This document shows, in pieces, positions 1 through 7,699 of a DNA stretch of 25,663 nt. Location of the stretch: contig DASYFU010000175.1 of the NCBI GenBank assembly GCA_036498225.1, forward strand, positions 1 through 25,663, read 5' to 3'. How positions within the stretch are numbered: position 1 is the stretch's first letter; the number at the start of each line of letters is the position of its first letter. Made by a program: the position numbers and the translations under genes. Origin of the DNA: Gaiellaceae bacterium (lineage in GTDB: Bacteria; Actinomycetota; Thermoleophilia; Gaiellales; Gaiellaceae). Under the pieces are notes generated by a model. That model did no database searches. It was given only the letters and a program-made list of their open reading frames with translations, and was not told the DNA's origin.

Positions 1-321
1 ATCGTGGCGACGAGGGCCGGTGTCCGGGCTACCTCCCACGCCTTGCGGCGGGCCTTCGCCGTCGCCTTCCTGACAAGCAATCCGGGTGCGATCGAAGCAC
101 TGCAGGCTCTGATGAATCACCGCCGGATCGACACGACCGAGGTCTACCTGCGAGCGTTGAACCGCGCGAAGTCGATGGAGGCCGTGCGAGGCTTGTCGTG
201 GGGTGGAGCGGGGCACTTCGTGTTTCCGGTGCGAGAGGAAGCGGCACGAAAAAAGCCCCCGCTGAGCAGGGGCTTCTTCGAAGAGGCGCATACGGGATTC
301 GAACCCGTGCCGCCGCCGTGA
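1..321 (+). CDS. Tyrosine recombinase/integrase, C-terminal fragment (5' end outside window)
   Basis: HALRRAF (HxxR box) and LMNHRRIDTTEVY (H...catalytic Tyr box) in correct order and spacing; abuts a tRNA 3' end; hand-counted GC of 1-280 is about 66%, lower than downstream genes appear. Confidence 0.85.
   Translation: MVATRAGVRATSHALRRAFAVAFLTSNPGAIEALQALMNHRRIDTTEVYLRALNRAKSMEAVRGLSWGGAGHFVFPVREEAARKKPPLSRGFFEEAHTGFEPVPPP
249..278 (-). terminator. Intrinsic terminator downstream of tRNA-Glu (possibly bidirectional)
   Basis: AAGCCCC (253-259) / GGGGCTT (269-275) stem; A6 run at 249-254 is the U-tract on the minus strand; TTCTT follows the stem on plus. Confidence 0.75.
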
Positions 322-325
322 GAGG
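284..325. mobile_element. Probable att junction of an integrative element extending left of the window
   Basis: Integrase gene ends convergently inside the 3' half of the tRNA, the classic tRNA-targeted island geometry; the partner direct repeat is not in the window. Confidence 0.55.
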
Positions 326-356
326 GCGGTGTCCTAGGCCACTAGACGAATGCGCC
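284..356 (-). tRNA. tRNA-Glu (anticodon CTC), CCA not encoded
   Basis: Reverse complement folds into a cloverleaf: acceptor GGCGCAT/ATGCGCC, anticodon arm CCGCC-CTCTCAC-GGCGG, T arm ACGGG-TTCGAAT-CCCGT. Confidence 0.96.
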
Positions 357-370
357 GCGGGACGGCGGTC

Positions 371-382
371 AGTGTAGCGAGG
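371..382 (-). promoter_or_regulatory. Putative -10 region of tRNA-Glu promoter (CCTCGC-TACACT)
   Basis: TANNNT hexamer 14 nt upstream of the tRNA 5' end; 11/12 identical to the motif upstream of tRNA-Gln. Confidence 0.6.
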
Positions 383-393
383 CCTCGCCGTTC

Positions 394-894
394 CTAGGCT
401 CGCCGGGCGAGCACGACCGCTGCTCCGATGACGCCCACTGCGCTCGCTGCGCCGAGCACCGTCCACGTCAGCCCGGATCCGGCCGGCGCGGCCGAGAGGC
501 CGATAGCCAGCGCGGCGACGGCGAGCGAGGCGATCGCGAGCGCGCCGAGCGCGCCGGCGCGCGCCGCCACGACCGCGCGCTCCGCGGGAATGGCAAACCG
601 CTCGTCGATCGACCACGACCCGAGCTCCGCGGACAGGAACAATCCCACTGCCACGAGCGGCGCCGCCTCGTCGAGATGCCGGCCGCGCACGACGAGCGCG
701 ATGCCGTAGCCGACGGCCAGCAGGCCGACCGCCCACGGAATCATCTCGACGCTGGCGCGCACGAGCGCCCACAACAGGAACAGCGTGCCGACGGCGCCGA
801 TCCCGACCGTCGCTGCGATCGCCTCGTTCGAGCGCGCGAGCACGTACGCGAGGACTCCCGCGTACAGCGCGAGGGAAAGCGCGGCGAGCGCTAT
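394..894 (-). CDS. Multi-pass membrane hypothetical protein, last gene of MoxR/DUF58 operon (start uncertain: ATA 894, ATT 924, ATG 972 or GTG 843)
   Basis: About six hydrophobic segments, typical codon style, directly follows the DUF58 gene. Confidence 0.7.
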   Translation of the reverse strand: MALAALSLALYAGVLAYVLARSNEAIAATVGIGAVGTLFLLWALVRASVEMIPWAVGLLAVGYGIALVVRGRHLDEAAPLVAVGLFLSAELGSWSIDERFAIPAERAVVAARAGALGALAIASLAVAALAIGLSAAPAGSGLTWTVLGAASAVGVIGAAVVLARRA

Positions 895-2159
895 GCGCGC
901 GCGGGCCTTGCGTATCGCCTGAATCGCGCCACCTCCTCGAGCGGGACGTTCAATGGTTCGCCGTCGATCCATTCGACGACGGGGATCCCCGCCTGCTGAT
1001 AGCGCGCGCGCATCGCCTCGCGCGAAAGCCTCCACAGCCGGTACGACAGCCGTTCGAGCTCATCCGATCCATCGTCGACGAACGGCACCGGCGACACCTC
1101 GACGACGACGAGGTCGAAACCGCGCGCGCGGAGATCGAGTAGCGCGGGCGGCGTTCGCGGATCGAGCAGCGGCGTCAACGCGAGCACCAGCGCCTTCGGC
1201 GGGAGCGAGCGCGGCGGAAGCACGTCGACCCCGCGCGCCGCAAAGCTGAGGACGATGTCCATCTGCAGCAGCGAGTCGACGATGCGGTAGAGCTGGCGCG
1301 TTCCCGACGCCGGCAGCAGCCACGAGAGGAAGCCGCCGAAGCTGACGAGCCCGACGCGATCCTTCCGCTGCAGATAGCGGTGCGCGAGCGATGTCGCCGC
1401 GCGAACGGTCAGGTCGAGCGTGCCGCGGCCGCCGAGACGCGCGTCCGTGAACGTATCGAGGAAGAGGACGACGTCGGTGTTGCGCTCGGGATGCCGCTCG
1501 TTCACCCACAGTTCGCCGCGGCGGGCCGTCGCGCGCCAGTTGACGCGCCGCGGCCGATCACCCGCCGTCCACGCGCGAATGTCGGCGAACTCGATGCCGT
1601 CGCCCTTCGTGCGGGAGACCTGGTTGCCGACGAACACCTGCGTCTCGAGCGGCCCAAGCAGCGCGTGCAGCGCCTCGACGGTCGGGTAGACGCGCAACGG
1701 CGCGCTCCCGCCGAGTCGCGTCTCCCACGCGTAGAACCCGAGCCGGTCGCGGGCGCGCAGGAGCACCGGGCCGACGAGATAGGCGCCCCAACGGACGCAC
1801 CTGAGCGGGATGTCGATCGTTCGTGTGTCGCCGGGCGCTATCGCGACCGCACGCGGGTTGCGGCTCTCGGTCGCCAGCCCGGCGGGAAGCTCGAGCAGGA
1901 CGTCGATTTGTTCTGCAGCGTCTGCGCTCAGCTCGATCGTCGCGTCGACGATGTCCGACTCGAGCGCGCGCTCGCGATCGAGTGCGACGCGGCCGCGAAG
2001 CTGCGGCGTGCGGGCGAAGGCCGGCGCCGCGACCGCGGCGAGGGCGAAGGGAGCCGCGAGCGCCACGAGCTCGACCCGTCCGAGCGCGAGGCCCGCGAGG
2101 AGCGCGGCGGCGGCGATCGCCGCGTACGCGGGAAGCCGCGGCGACACATGCCTCGTCAC
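891..2159 (-). CDS. DUF58 domain protein (MoxR partner) with N-terminal TM anchor
   Basis: GDGIEFADIRAWTAGDRPRRVNWRATARRGELWVNE motif typical of DUF58; GTGA overlap with MoxR stop. Confidence 0.9.
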   Translation of the reverse strand: MTRHVSPRLPAYAAIAAAALLAGLALGRVELVALAAPFALAAVAAPAFARTPQLRGRVALDRERALESDIVDATIELSADAAEQIDVLLELPAGLATESRNPRAVAIAPGDTRTIDIPLRCVRWGAYLVGPVLLRARDRLGFYAWETRLGGSAPLRVYPTVEALHALLGPLETQVFVGNQVSRTKGDGIEFADIRAWTAGDRPRRVNWRATARRGELWVNERHPERNTDVVLFLDTFTDARLGGRGTLDLTVRAATSLAHRYLQRKDRVGLVSFGGFLSWLLPASGTRQLYRIVDSLLQMDIVLSFAARGVDVLPPRSLPPKALVLALTPLLDPRTPPALLDLRARGFDLVVVEVSPVPFVDDGSDELERLSYRLWRLSREAMRARYQQAGIPVVEWIDGEPLNVPLEEVARFRRYARPARA

Positions 2160-3124
2160 GTCGTTGCGCGGACGTCCTCGGCCGGCGGCGTCGGCACCGA
2201 GTCGAGCGCCTCGGCGACGACGTCCTCACCGCGGATCCGTTGCACCCACAGTTCCGGCCGAAGCATCAAGCGGTGCGCGAGCGCAGGCACTGCGACCGCC
2301 TTCACGTCCTCGGGCACGACGAAGTCGCGGCCCGAGATCGCCGCCTTCGCGCGCGACAGCTTCAACAGCGCAAGGCTGCCGCGCGGGCTCGCGCCGACGG
2401 CGAGCTGCCGCGATGCGCGCGTCGCCGCCACGACGTCCACGATGTAGCCCTCGATCGAATCGGAGACGTGCACGCCCTCGAGCGCCTGCTGCATCGCGAC
2501 GAGTGTCGGTGCGTCGACGACGGGCGACAGCTCGACCTCGTCCTCGCCGCGCTCGATGCGGCGGCCGAGCATCTCGATCTCGTCCTCGCGCGCGGGATAC
2601 CCGATGCCGGCTCGGACGAGGAAGCGGTCGAGCTGCGCCTCCGGGAGCGGATACGTCCCTTCGTACTCGATCGGGTTCTGCGTCGCGAGCACGATGAAGG
2701 GCGGCGCGAGCAGGCGCGTCTCTCCTTCGCTCGTCACCTGCCGCTCCTGCATCGCCTCGAGCAGCGCCGCCTGCGTCTTCGGCGGGGCGCGGTTGATCTC
2801 GTCGGCGAGGAGAAGGTTGGTGAAGATCGGGCCCGGCATGAACTCGAACTCCGCGCGACGCTGGTCGAAGACCGACGAGCCGGTCACGTCGGAGGGCATC
2901 AGGTCGGGCGTGAACTGGATACGCGCGAAGCCGAGCGACGTCGCGCGTGCGAACGAGCGCGCCGTGAGCGTCTTCGCGAGACCGGGATAGTCCTCGAGGA
3001 GGACGTGCCCGTCGCTGAGGATGGCGAGCAGGATGAGCTCGAGCGGCTCGCGCTTGCCGACGACGGCGCGCTCGACCTCGTCGAGGATGCGGGAGGCGTG
3101 GTCGCGGAGCTCGACGAGGTCCAT
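2156..3124 (-). CDS. moxR: MoxR-family AAA+ ATPase
   Basis: GHVLLEDYPGLAKT (Walker A variant), RIQFTPDLMPSDVTG, LLADEINRAPPKTQAALLEAMQE, ATQNPIEYEGTYPLPEAQLDRF; start ATG 3124 overlaps upstream TGA. Confidence 0.95.
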   Translation of the reverse strand: MDLVELRDHASRILDEVERAVVGKREPLELILLAILSDGHVLLEDYPGLAKTLTARSFARATSLGFARIQFTPDLMPSDVTGSSVFDQRRAEFEFMPGPIFTNLLLADEINRAPPKTQAALLEAMQERQVTSEGETRLLAPPFIVLATQNPIEYEGTYPLPEAQLDRFLVRAGIGYPAREDEIEMLGRRIERGEDEVELSPVVDAPTLVAMQQALEGVHVSDSIEGYIVDVVAATRASRQLAVGASPRGSLALLKLSRAKAAISGRDFVVPEDVKAVAVPALAHRLMLRPELWVQRIRGEDVVAEALDSVPTPPAEDVRATT

Positions 3125-3606
3125 CAGAGACTCTCGATGGTGTCGAGGACCTCTGCAACGCGGCGCAGCGGAAGACCTGGAGCCGTTCGGTCGTCGGGCG
3201 CCGCGCGGTCTGGACGGAGCAGCTCCCAGGTGTCGGCGTCGAGCGCCTCGCGTGGGTTCCGCACGCGTGCCGCGGCGATCTCGAGGAGCAGTGGCCGAAG
3301 GCGCGTGTGAAATTCCCCGGCGCTCGCGGCGCTCAGCGTGAGATCGCGCTCCACGCGGACGAGCTCCGCCGGTCGCACGCGCACGGACTTCCGCGGTGCG
3401 AGCGCACGCTCGAGCTCGGACGACGATCGCTCCCATTCCTCTTCGATCCGAGCCATGCGGGTGAGCTCGGCGAGTGTGATCGCGGTCAGCGCCAGCACGT
3501 AGGCGGCGAGGATCTCACGGACGGAGATGGGGCGGAGGCCGAGCGCGATCGCGAGGCCGATCGTGATGACGACGACCTTCCCGATCGGCAGCCGCGGGCG
3601 CTTCAC
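3124..3606 (-). CDS. Membrane-anchored hypothetical protein of MoxR/DUF58/DUF4129 clusters (160 aa)
   Basis: GTG 3606 overlaps upstream TGA; two TM segments then a helical domain ending LRRVAEVLDTIESL; stop overlaps moxR ATG. Confidence 0.75.
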   Translation of the reverse strand: MKRPRLPIGKVVVITIGLAIALGLRPISVREILAAYVLALTAITLAELTRMARIEEEWERSSSELERALAPRKSVRVRPAELVRVERDLTLSAASAGEFHTRLRPLLLEIAAARVRNPREALDADTWELLRPDRAAPDDRTAPGLPLRRVAEVLDTIESL

Positions 3607-4457
3607 GCCGCCGCCTCCGCCGGCGCACGCAACTCGTCGCGCACGGTCTCGAGCGCGGCGATCGCCTCGTCGCGCATCGCGACGTCCGGCTGGTGGTGGC
3701 TGAACTTCGCCCATTCGAAGAGATCGGTGAGCCGCGTCACGGCCGGGGCGCTCGCGTGCAACTCGTGCAGCGCGCGCGCCAGGTACTCGCTCGGCGCCTC
3801 GGATGGGCGGCGGGGAAGCCCGGAGACCGCGAGCGCACGCTCCATCCGCGCGTAGGCGGCGATGATGGCGCGACGGATGTCCGGCTCGTTGCGCAAATCG
3901 TCGAGCGACTCGTCGAGCGCGAGCGCGACGTCCTCGTGGGATCGGTAGCGCCACTCCTTCAACGGCTTTGTGGCCCGGGTCGCGATCGCTGCCACACCCG
4001 CTGCGGCCAGCAACGCCGCGACGATCGCGATCTCGTCCCACCGCAGGTGCGCGCCGCGGCGGCCCGCCGCGGACGGCTCGCGCGGTACGACGGCCGGCGG
4101 GGCTCCTGTCTTTGCGCCCCGGTCGGTCGGCGACGTGATGTGGAAGTGCAAGTGCGCATGGATGAGGAGCCACGCGACGAGCATGGCCGTCGCCAGCGAC
4201 ACGAGGAACTGCGTCAGGCCGAAGGCGGGTCTCTGCTTCCGCGGGCGCTTCCACTTCGCGCCGAGGAGGCTCCAGACGTAGATCGCCATGATCGCCAGCG
4301 CGAACAGGGCGATCGTCGTGAAGACGTAGTCGAAGAAGCTCGGGGTCGGGCCTGTCCCCCTCGAGCCGGTGAGCGGCCTGCCGTTGCTGGCGAGCGCGGC
4401 GACCGCGAGCAGGCCCGCGACCGCGAGCACGACGGGCACCATGCGGCGCGAGCCCAC
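3603..4457 (-). CDS. DUF4129 domain membrane protein (start GTG 4457 or ATG 4442)
   Basis: Three or four TM segments plus C-terminal RRAIIAAYARMERAL...PSEAPSEYL...LTDLFEWAKFSHH typical of DUF4129. Confidence 0.8.
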   Translation of the reverse strand: MGSRRMVPVVLAVAGLLAVAALASNGRPLTGSRGTGPTPSFFDYVFTTIALFALAIMAIYVWSLLGAKWKRPRKQRPAFGLTQFLVSLATAMLVAWLLIHAHLHFHITSPTDRGAKTGAPPAVVPREPSAAGRRGAHLRWDEIAIVAALLAAAGVAAIATRATKPLKEWRYRSHEDVALALDESLDDLRNEPDIRRAIIAAYARMERALAVSGLPRRPSEAPSEYLARALHELHASAPAVTRLTDLFEWAKFSHHQPDVAMRDEAIAALETVRDELRAPAEAAA

Positions 4458-4459
4458 TG

Positions 4460-4885
4460 TTACTTGAAGAGCCGGCGGAAGAAGAAGCCGATCCGCCGGT
4501 AGACGTTCATCGAGTGCTCGCGCTTCTCGATGGGCGCGAACGCCTTCCCCTCGAGCTCGCGCACATCTGCGCCGATCGACGCGCCCAGGCCGCCCTTCGA
4601 GTCGGGCTCGATCTGGGCGGTCGTCGCGGGCTCGAGGTACTCGCCGAGCGCTGTTGCCTGCTCGTGCGTGAGCGAGAGGTGCACCTCGCCCTCGAAAATC
4701 TGCGTGACCTGCTCGGCCGGCACGTAGCGCGGCTTGCCGAAGGCGCTCGTCGCGATCGCGAGCCCGTCGAAGATGTCGGCGTTGTCGTCGCCGGCGACCT
4801 CGTCCACCGCGCCGACCTCGGGCCCGTCGGCCGCGAAGACCTTCCAGCCGGGACGGATCATCAACCAGGAGACGGGATCGGGCAT
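4460..4885 (-). CDS. PRC-barrel-like (DUF2171-like) protein, 141 aa
   Basis: WLMIRPGWKVFAADGPEVGAVDEV...FDGLAI...RYVPAEQV pattern resembles PRC barrels; first gene of the minus-strand operon. Confidence 0.65.
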   Translation of the reverse strand: MPDPVSWLMIRPGWKVFAADGPEVGAVDEVAGDDNADIFDGLAIATSAFGKPRYVPAEQVTQIFEGEVHLSLTHEQATALGEYLEPATTAQIEPDSKGGLGASIGADVRELEGKAFAPIEKREHSMNVYRRIGFFFRRLFK

Positions 4886-4915
4886 CGCGCACCCAATCGT
4901 GACAGATCGCGGGCT

Positions 4916-4921
4916 TAGACT
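4916..4921 (+). promoter_or_regulatory. Putative -10 (TAGACT) of a leaderless transcript
   Basis: TANNNT followed by 7 nt then ATG 4929; no SD. Confidence 0.55.
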
Positions 4922-4928
4922 CCGGCCG

Positions 4929-5399
4929 ATGGACTCGAGCGTCAGCTGGCGCGTGCCGTCGCCCCGCCTCCTCGCGGTGCGGCGCGTGCAGGTTGCGGTC
5001 GTCACCGTCGCGGCGATCGTCGTCGCCGCCGTCCTCGGATCGCGAGGCGGTGCGGCAGTCGCCGCCGGTGGAGTGGCCGGAGCGCTCGTCCTCGGCATCG
5101 CCGCCGAGTGGTTCGTCAGGCGGCGGATCAAGGCCTGGGGCTACGCCGAACGGGAGGACGACCTGCTCGTGCGGCGCGGCGTCATGTTCTCGCGGCTTTC
5201 GGTCGTGCCGTACGGGCGCATGCAGTTCATCGACGTCACCGCGGGTCCCGTCGAGCGGTCATTCGGGCTCGCGACGGTGCGCATGCACACCGCCGCCGCC
5301 GCGAGCGACGCCCGCATTCCGGGGTTGCCGCATGACGAAGCAGCGCGCCTGCGCGACCGGCTGGCCGAGCTCGGCGAGGCGCAGGCCGCCGGGATATGA
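4929..5399 (+). CDS. Bacterial PH-domain membrane protein, YdbS-like
   Basis: Two TM helices then WGYAEREDDLLVRRGVMFSRLSVVPYGRMQFIDVTAGPVERSFGLATVRMHTAA, the bPH_2 signature. Confidence 0.88.
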   Translation: MDSSVSWRVPSPRLLAVRRVQVAVVTVAAIVVAAVLGSRGGAAVAAGGVAGALVLGIAAEWFVRRRIKAWGYAEREDDLLVRRGVMFSRLSVVPYGRMQFIDVTAGPVERSFGLATVRMHTAAAASDARIPGLPHDEAARLRDRLAELGEAQAAGI

Positions 5400-6685
5400 C
5401 CGAGCCGGACGGCTGGCGCCGTCTCCATCCGCTGTCGCCCGTCGTGCGCGGCGGCCGCGCGACGATCGCCATCGCGGTCATCCTCCTGCCGTCGGTCTTC
5501 GGCGCCCGCCGCTCGAGCAACACGGCGATCGAGCTCGGAGCCGTGGCGGTGATCGTCGGCCTCGGATTCGTGTCGTGGCTCGTCACGCGCTGGCGGGTCG
5601 ACGGCGACGACCTGCGCATCGAGACCGGGCTCATTCGGCGGCAGTCGCTTCGCTTTCCGCTTTCGCAGGTGCAGGCGATCGACGTCATTCGCCCCGGGCT
5701 CGCGCGGATATTCCGCGTCGCCGAGCTGCGGTTGCGCATGGGCGGTGCGACCGGAAAGACCGCCCGGCTTGCGTACCTGCACGAGCGCGAGGTCGAGCCC
5801 CTGCGCGACCGCCTGCTCGCGCTCGCCCGTGGGACTCCGCACGTCGACGAGGCGCAGGAGCTGCGCCGCGACGAGCGCGTGCTCGCGCCGGTTCCGACCG
5901 GCAGGCTGGTCGGGTCGATCCTCATCAGCGACGTCGGGATCCTGGCCGAGGCAGTGCTCGTCGGGCTCGTGCTCGGGATCGTGTTGGCGCCCTCCGCTGC
6001 CGCGGGCATCGCGAGCGGAGGCGCGGTCTGGATCCTTTCCGTCTTCCAGCTCGTCTGGCGTCGCTTCAACCAGGAGTACCGGCTCACCGTCGTCGAGATC
6101 GACGACGGCCTCGTGCTCCGCGGCGGGCTCGTCGGGCTCACGGCCGAGACGATCCGGCCGGGACGCGTCCAGGCGGTGCGCATGGTCGAGCCGATCGCGT
6201 GGCGTGCGCTCGGGTGGTGCCGTCTGGAAGTCGACCTCGCCGGTCGCCAGCGCGCGGAAGGCGAGGGGCGCGCGCAGCGGCGCTCGCTCCGTGCCGTGCT
6301 TCCCGTCGGAAGTCGCGCGGTCGCGGAGGAGCTGCTCGACCATCTCCTGCCTGATCGTCCGCGCGAGCAGACGCGGCCGCCGCGCCGCGCGGTGTGGAAG
6401 AGCCCGCTGCGCTACCGCATGCTCGCGTGGGGCCGCACGCCGACATGCGTCGCGACGACGAGCGGAAGGTTACGGCGGGCGACGAACTGGGTCGCGCTCG
6501 AGAAGGCGCAGAGCCTCCGCCGTGTGCAGGGCCCGCTTCAGCGCCGGCTGCGGCTCGCGAGCGTCCACGTCGACACGGCGGGCCGCAACGTGCACGCGGT
6601 CATCCGCGACCGTGACGTGGAGGAGGCGAACAATGCGCTCGTGGAGCTCGTTGCGTCGGCCGAGTCGGCTCGGCACGCGGCGTGA
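5396..6685 (+). CDS. Bacterial PH-domain membrane protein, YdbT-like (three PH repeats)
   Basis: WRRLHPLSP start; repeated RIETGL..R...PL..VQA/S motifs; ATGA coupling to the YdbS-like gene. Confidence 0.88.
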   Translation: MTEPDGWRRLHPLSPVVRGGRATIAIAVILLPSVFGARRSSNTAIELGAVAVIVGLGFVSWLVTRWRVDGDDLRIETGLIRRQSLRFPLSQVQAIDVIRPGLARIFRVAELRLRMGGATGKTARLAYLHEREVEPLRDRLLALARGTPHVDEAQELRRDERVLAPVPTGRLVGSILISDVGILAEAVLVGLVLGIVLAPSAAAGIASGGAVWILSVFQLVWRRFNQEYRLTVVEIDDGLVLRGGLVGLTAETIRPGRVQAVRMVEPIAWRALGWCRLEVDLAGRQRAEGEGRAQRRSLRAVLPVGSRAVAEELLDHLLPDRPREQTRPPRRAVWKSPLRYRMLAWGRTPTCVATTSGRLRRATNWVALEKAQSLRRVQGPLQRRLRLASVHVDTAGRNVHAVIRDRDVEEANNALVELVASAESARHAA

Positions 6686-6689
6686 GAAG

Positions 6690-6760
6690 CTGCGGGACAG
6701 GGATTCGAACCCCAACTTCCGGTTCCAGAGACCGGCGTCCTACCGTTAGACGATCCCGCA
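6690..6760 (-). tRNA. tRNA-Gln (anticodon CTG), CCA not encoded
   Basis: Cloverleaf: acceptor TGCGGGA/TCCCGCA with the U1-A72 pair typical of Gln, anticodon arm CCGGT-CTCTGGA-ACCGG, TTCGAAT T loop. Confidence 0.95.
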
Positions 6761-6774
6761 TCGGATCGCCTCGG

Positions 6775-6786
6775 ATTGTAGCGAGG
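6775..6786 (-). promoter_or_regulatory. Putative -10 region of tRNA-Gln promoter (CCTCGC-TACAAT)
   Basis: TACAAT 14 nt upstream of the tRNA 5' end. Confidence 0.65.
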
Positions 6787-7665
6787 TCAGACTTCGAGCC
6801 TGTACACGGGCACGAGCCGCCGCTCGGTCTCCGTGTCGATGTGCGCGACCACTTCGACGTACGGCTCCAGCCCGGAGCCGCGCAGCTTCGCGCGAAGGAG
6901 GCCGTCGACCTGGAAGAGCCCTGACGAGTTGTTCATCCGGATCTCGATCAGGATCGGTCGCTCCTCGCCGTCGGTGATCGTGACGTCCTCGATCGCCGCC
7001 GCCGAGAGCGAATGCATCGACACGCGCCCGCGCTCGAAGCCGATGCGGGATCGGCCCTTCGCCATGTCGAGCGCGTCGGCGACGCGCACGATGCCGGCGT
7101 CCGTCGTCAGTGGCTCGCCGTCGGCGCGGTGGCTGATGATCGCCTGCAGCACCTCGGAGACGACGACGGTGCGCTCGGGCTCGTCGTAGATGCCGGTCAG
7201 GAGCTCGCGCATCTTCGGCTCCGACAGGAACAGGCTGAAGTCCTCGTGGCCGTGGCGATGGATCGACATCCCGATGCAGTGCATGAGGGCGGCGAGCGTG
7301 ACGACCACTTCGGCGTCGTCGTTCGTCATGCCGTAGTCGCGCACCATCGCCGACTCCACGCCGTGCTTCGTCAGCTGCCGCAGGAGCTTCAGCGCGATGT
7401 TGGCGACGATCTGGACGTGCACCCACGAGTGGTCGTTGATCTCCATGCGCGCGACCGCGTTCACGTTCGACACGTGCCACCACGCCTTGACCTGCTTGTC
7501 CGCGTTTACGCGGTCGATGAGCGTCCGCAGCTTCCGGTTGCCGCGCACCGGCACGTTGATGCGCATGCGCTCGATCGCCTCGGCAGGGGTGAGCTGCGCC
7601 TCCCGTTCCGCCTCCACTGGGATGGGCTGGTCGATCCGCTCGGCGGTCTCCTTGTCGATCGCCAT
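6787..7665 (-). CDS. HD-superfamily metal-dependent hydrolase (COG3294-like) with HC in place of HD
   Basis: NDHSWVH ... LMHCIGMSIHRHGHE ... AIISH ... VRVADALDMAKGRSR pattern; ATG 7665. Confidence 0.8.
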   Translation of the reverse strand: MAIDKETAERIDQPIPVEAEREAQLTPAEAIERMRINVPVRGNRKLRTLIDRVNADKQVKAWWHVSNVNAVARMEINDHSWVHVQIVANIALKLLRQLTKHGVESAMVRDYGMTNDDAEVVVTLAALMHCIGMSIHRHGHEDFSLFLSEPKMRELLTGIYDEPERTVVVSEVLQAIISHRADGEPLTTDAGIVRVADALDMAKGRSRIGFERGRVSMHSLSAAAIEDVTITDGEERPILIEIRMNNSSGLFQVDGLLRAKLRGSGLEPYVEVVAHIDTETERRLVPVYRLEV

Positions 7666-7671
7666 GGATGC

Positions 7672-7677
7672 AGTCTG
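7672..7677 (-). promoter_or_regulatory. Putative -10 (CAGACT) of leaderless HD-protein transcript
   Basis: CANNNT-N6-ATG. Confidence 0.45.
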
Positions 7678-7699
7678 ACGCATGTGCCATACATCAGGC

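Noticed and set aside
4896-4901. CACGAT as -10 for the MoxR operon
   Set aside because: Weak hexamer 10 nt from the ATG; not distinguishable from chance.
6690-6760. tRNA-Gln as a second island attachment site
   Set aside because: No integrase, duplicated tRNA fragment or compositional shift adjacent to it.
6787-7665. HD/HC protein as the missing histidinol-phosphate phosphatase
   Set aside because: About 8.5 kb from the his genes, no HisR-type box, and I know of no precedent in this family; pure speculation.
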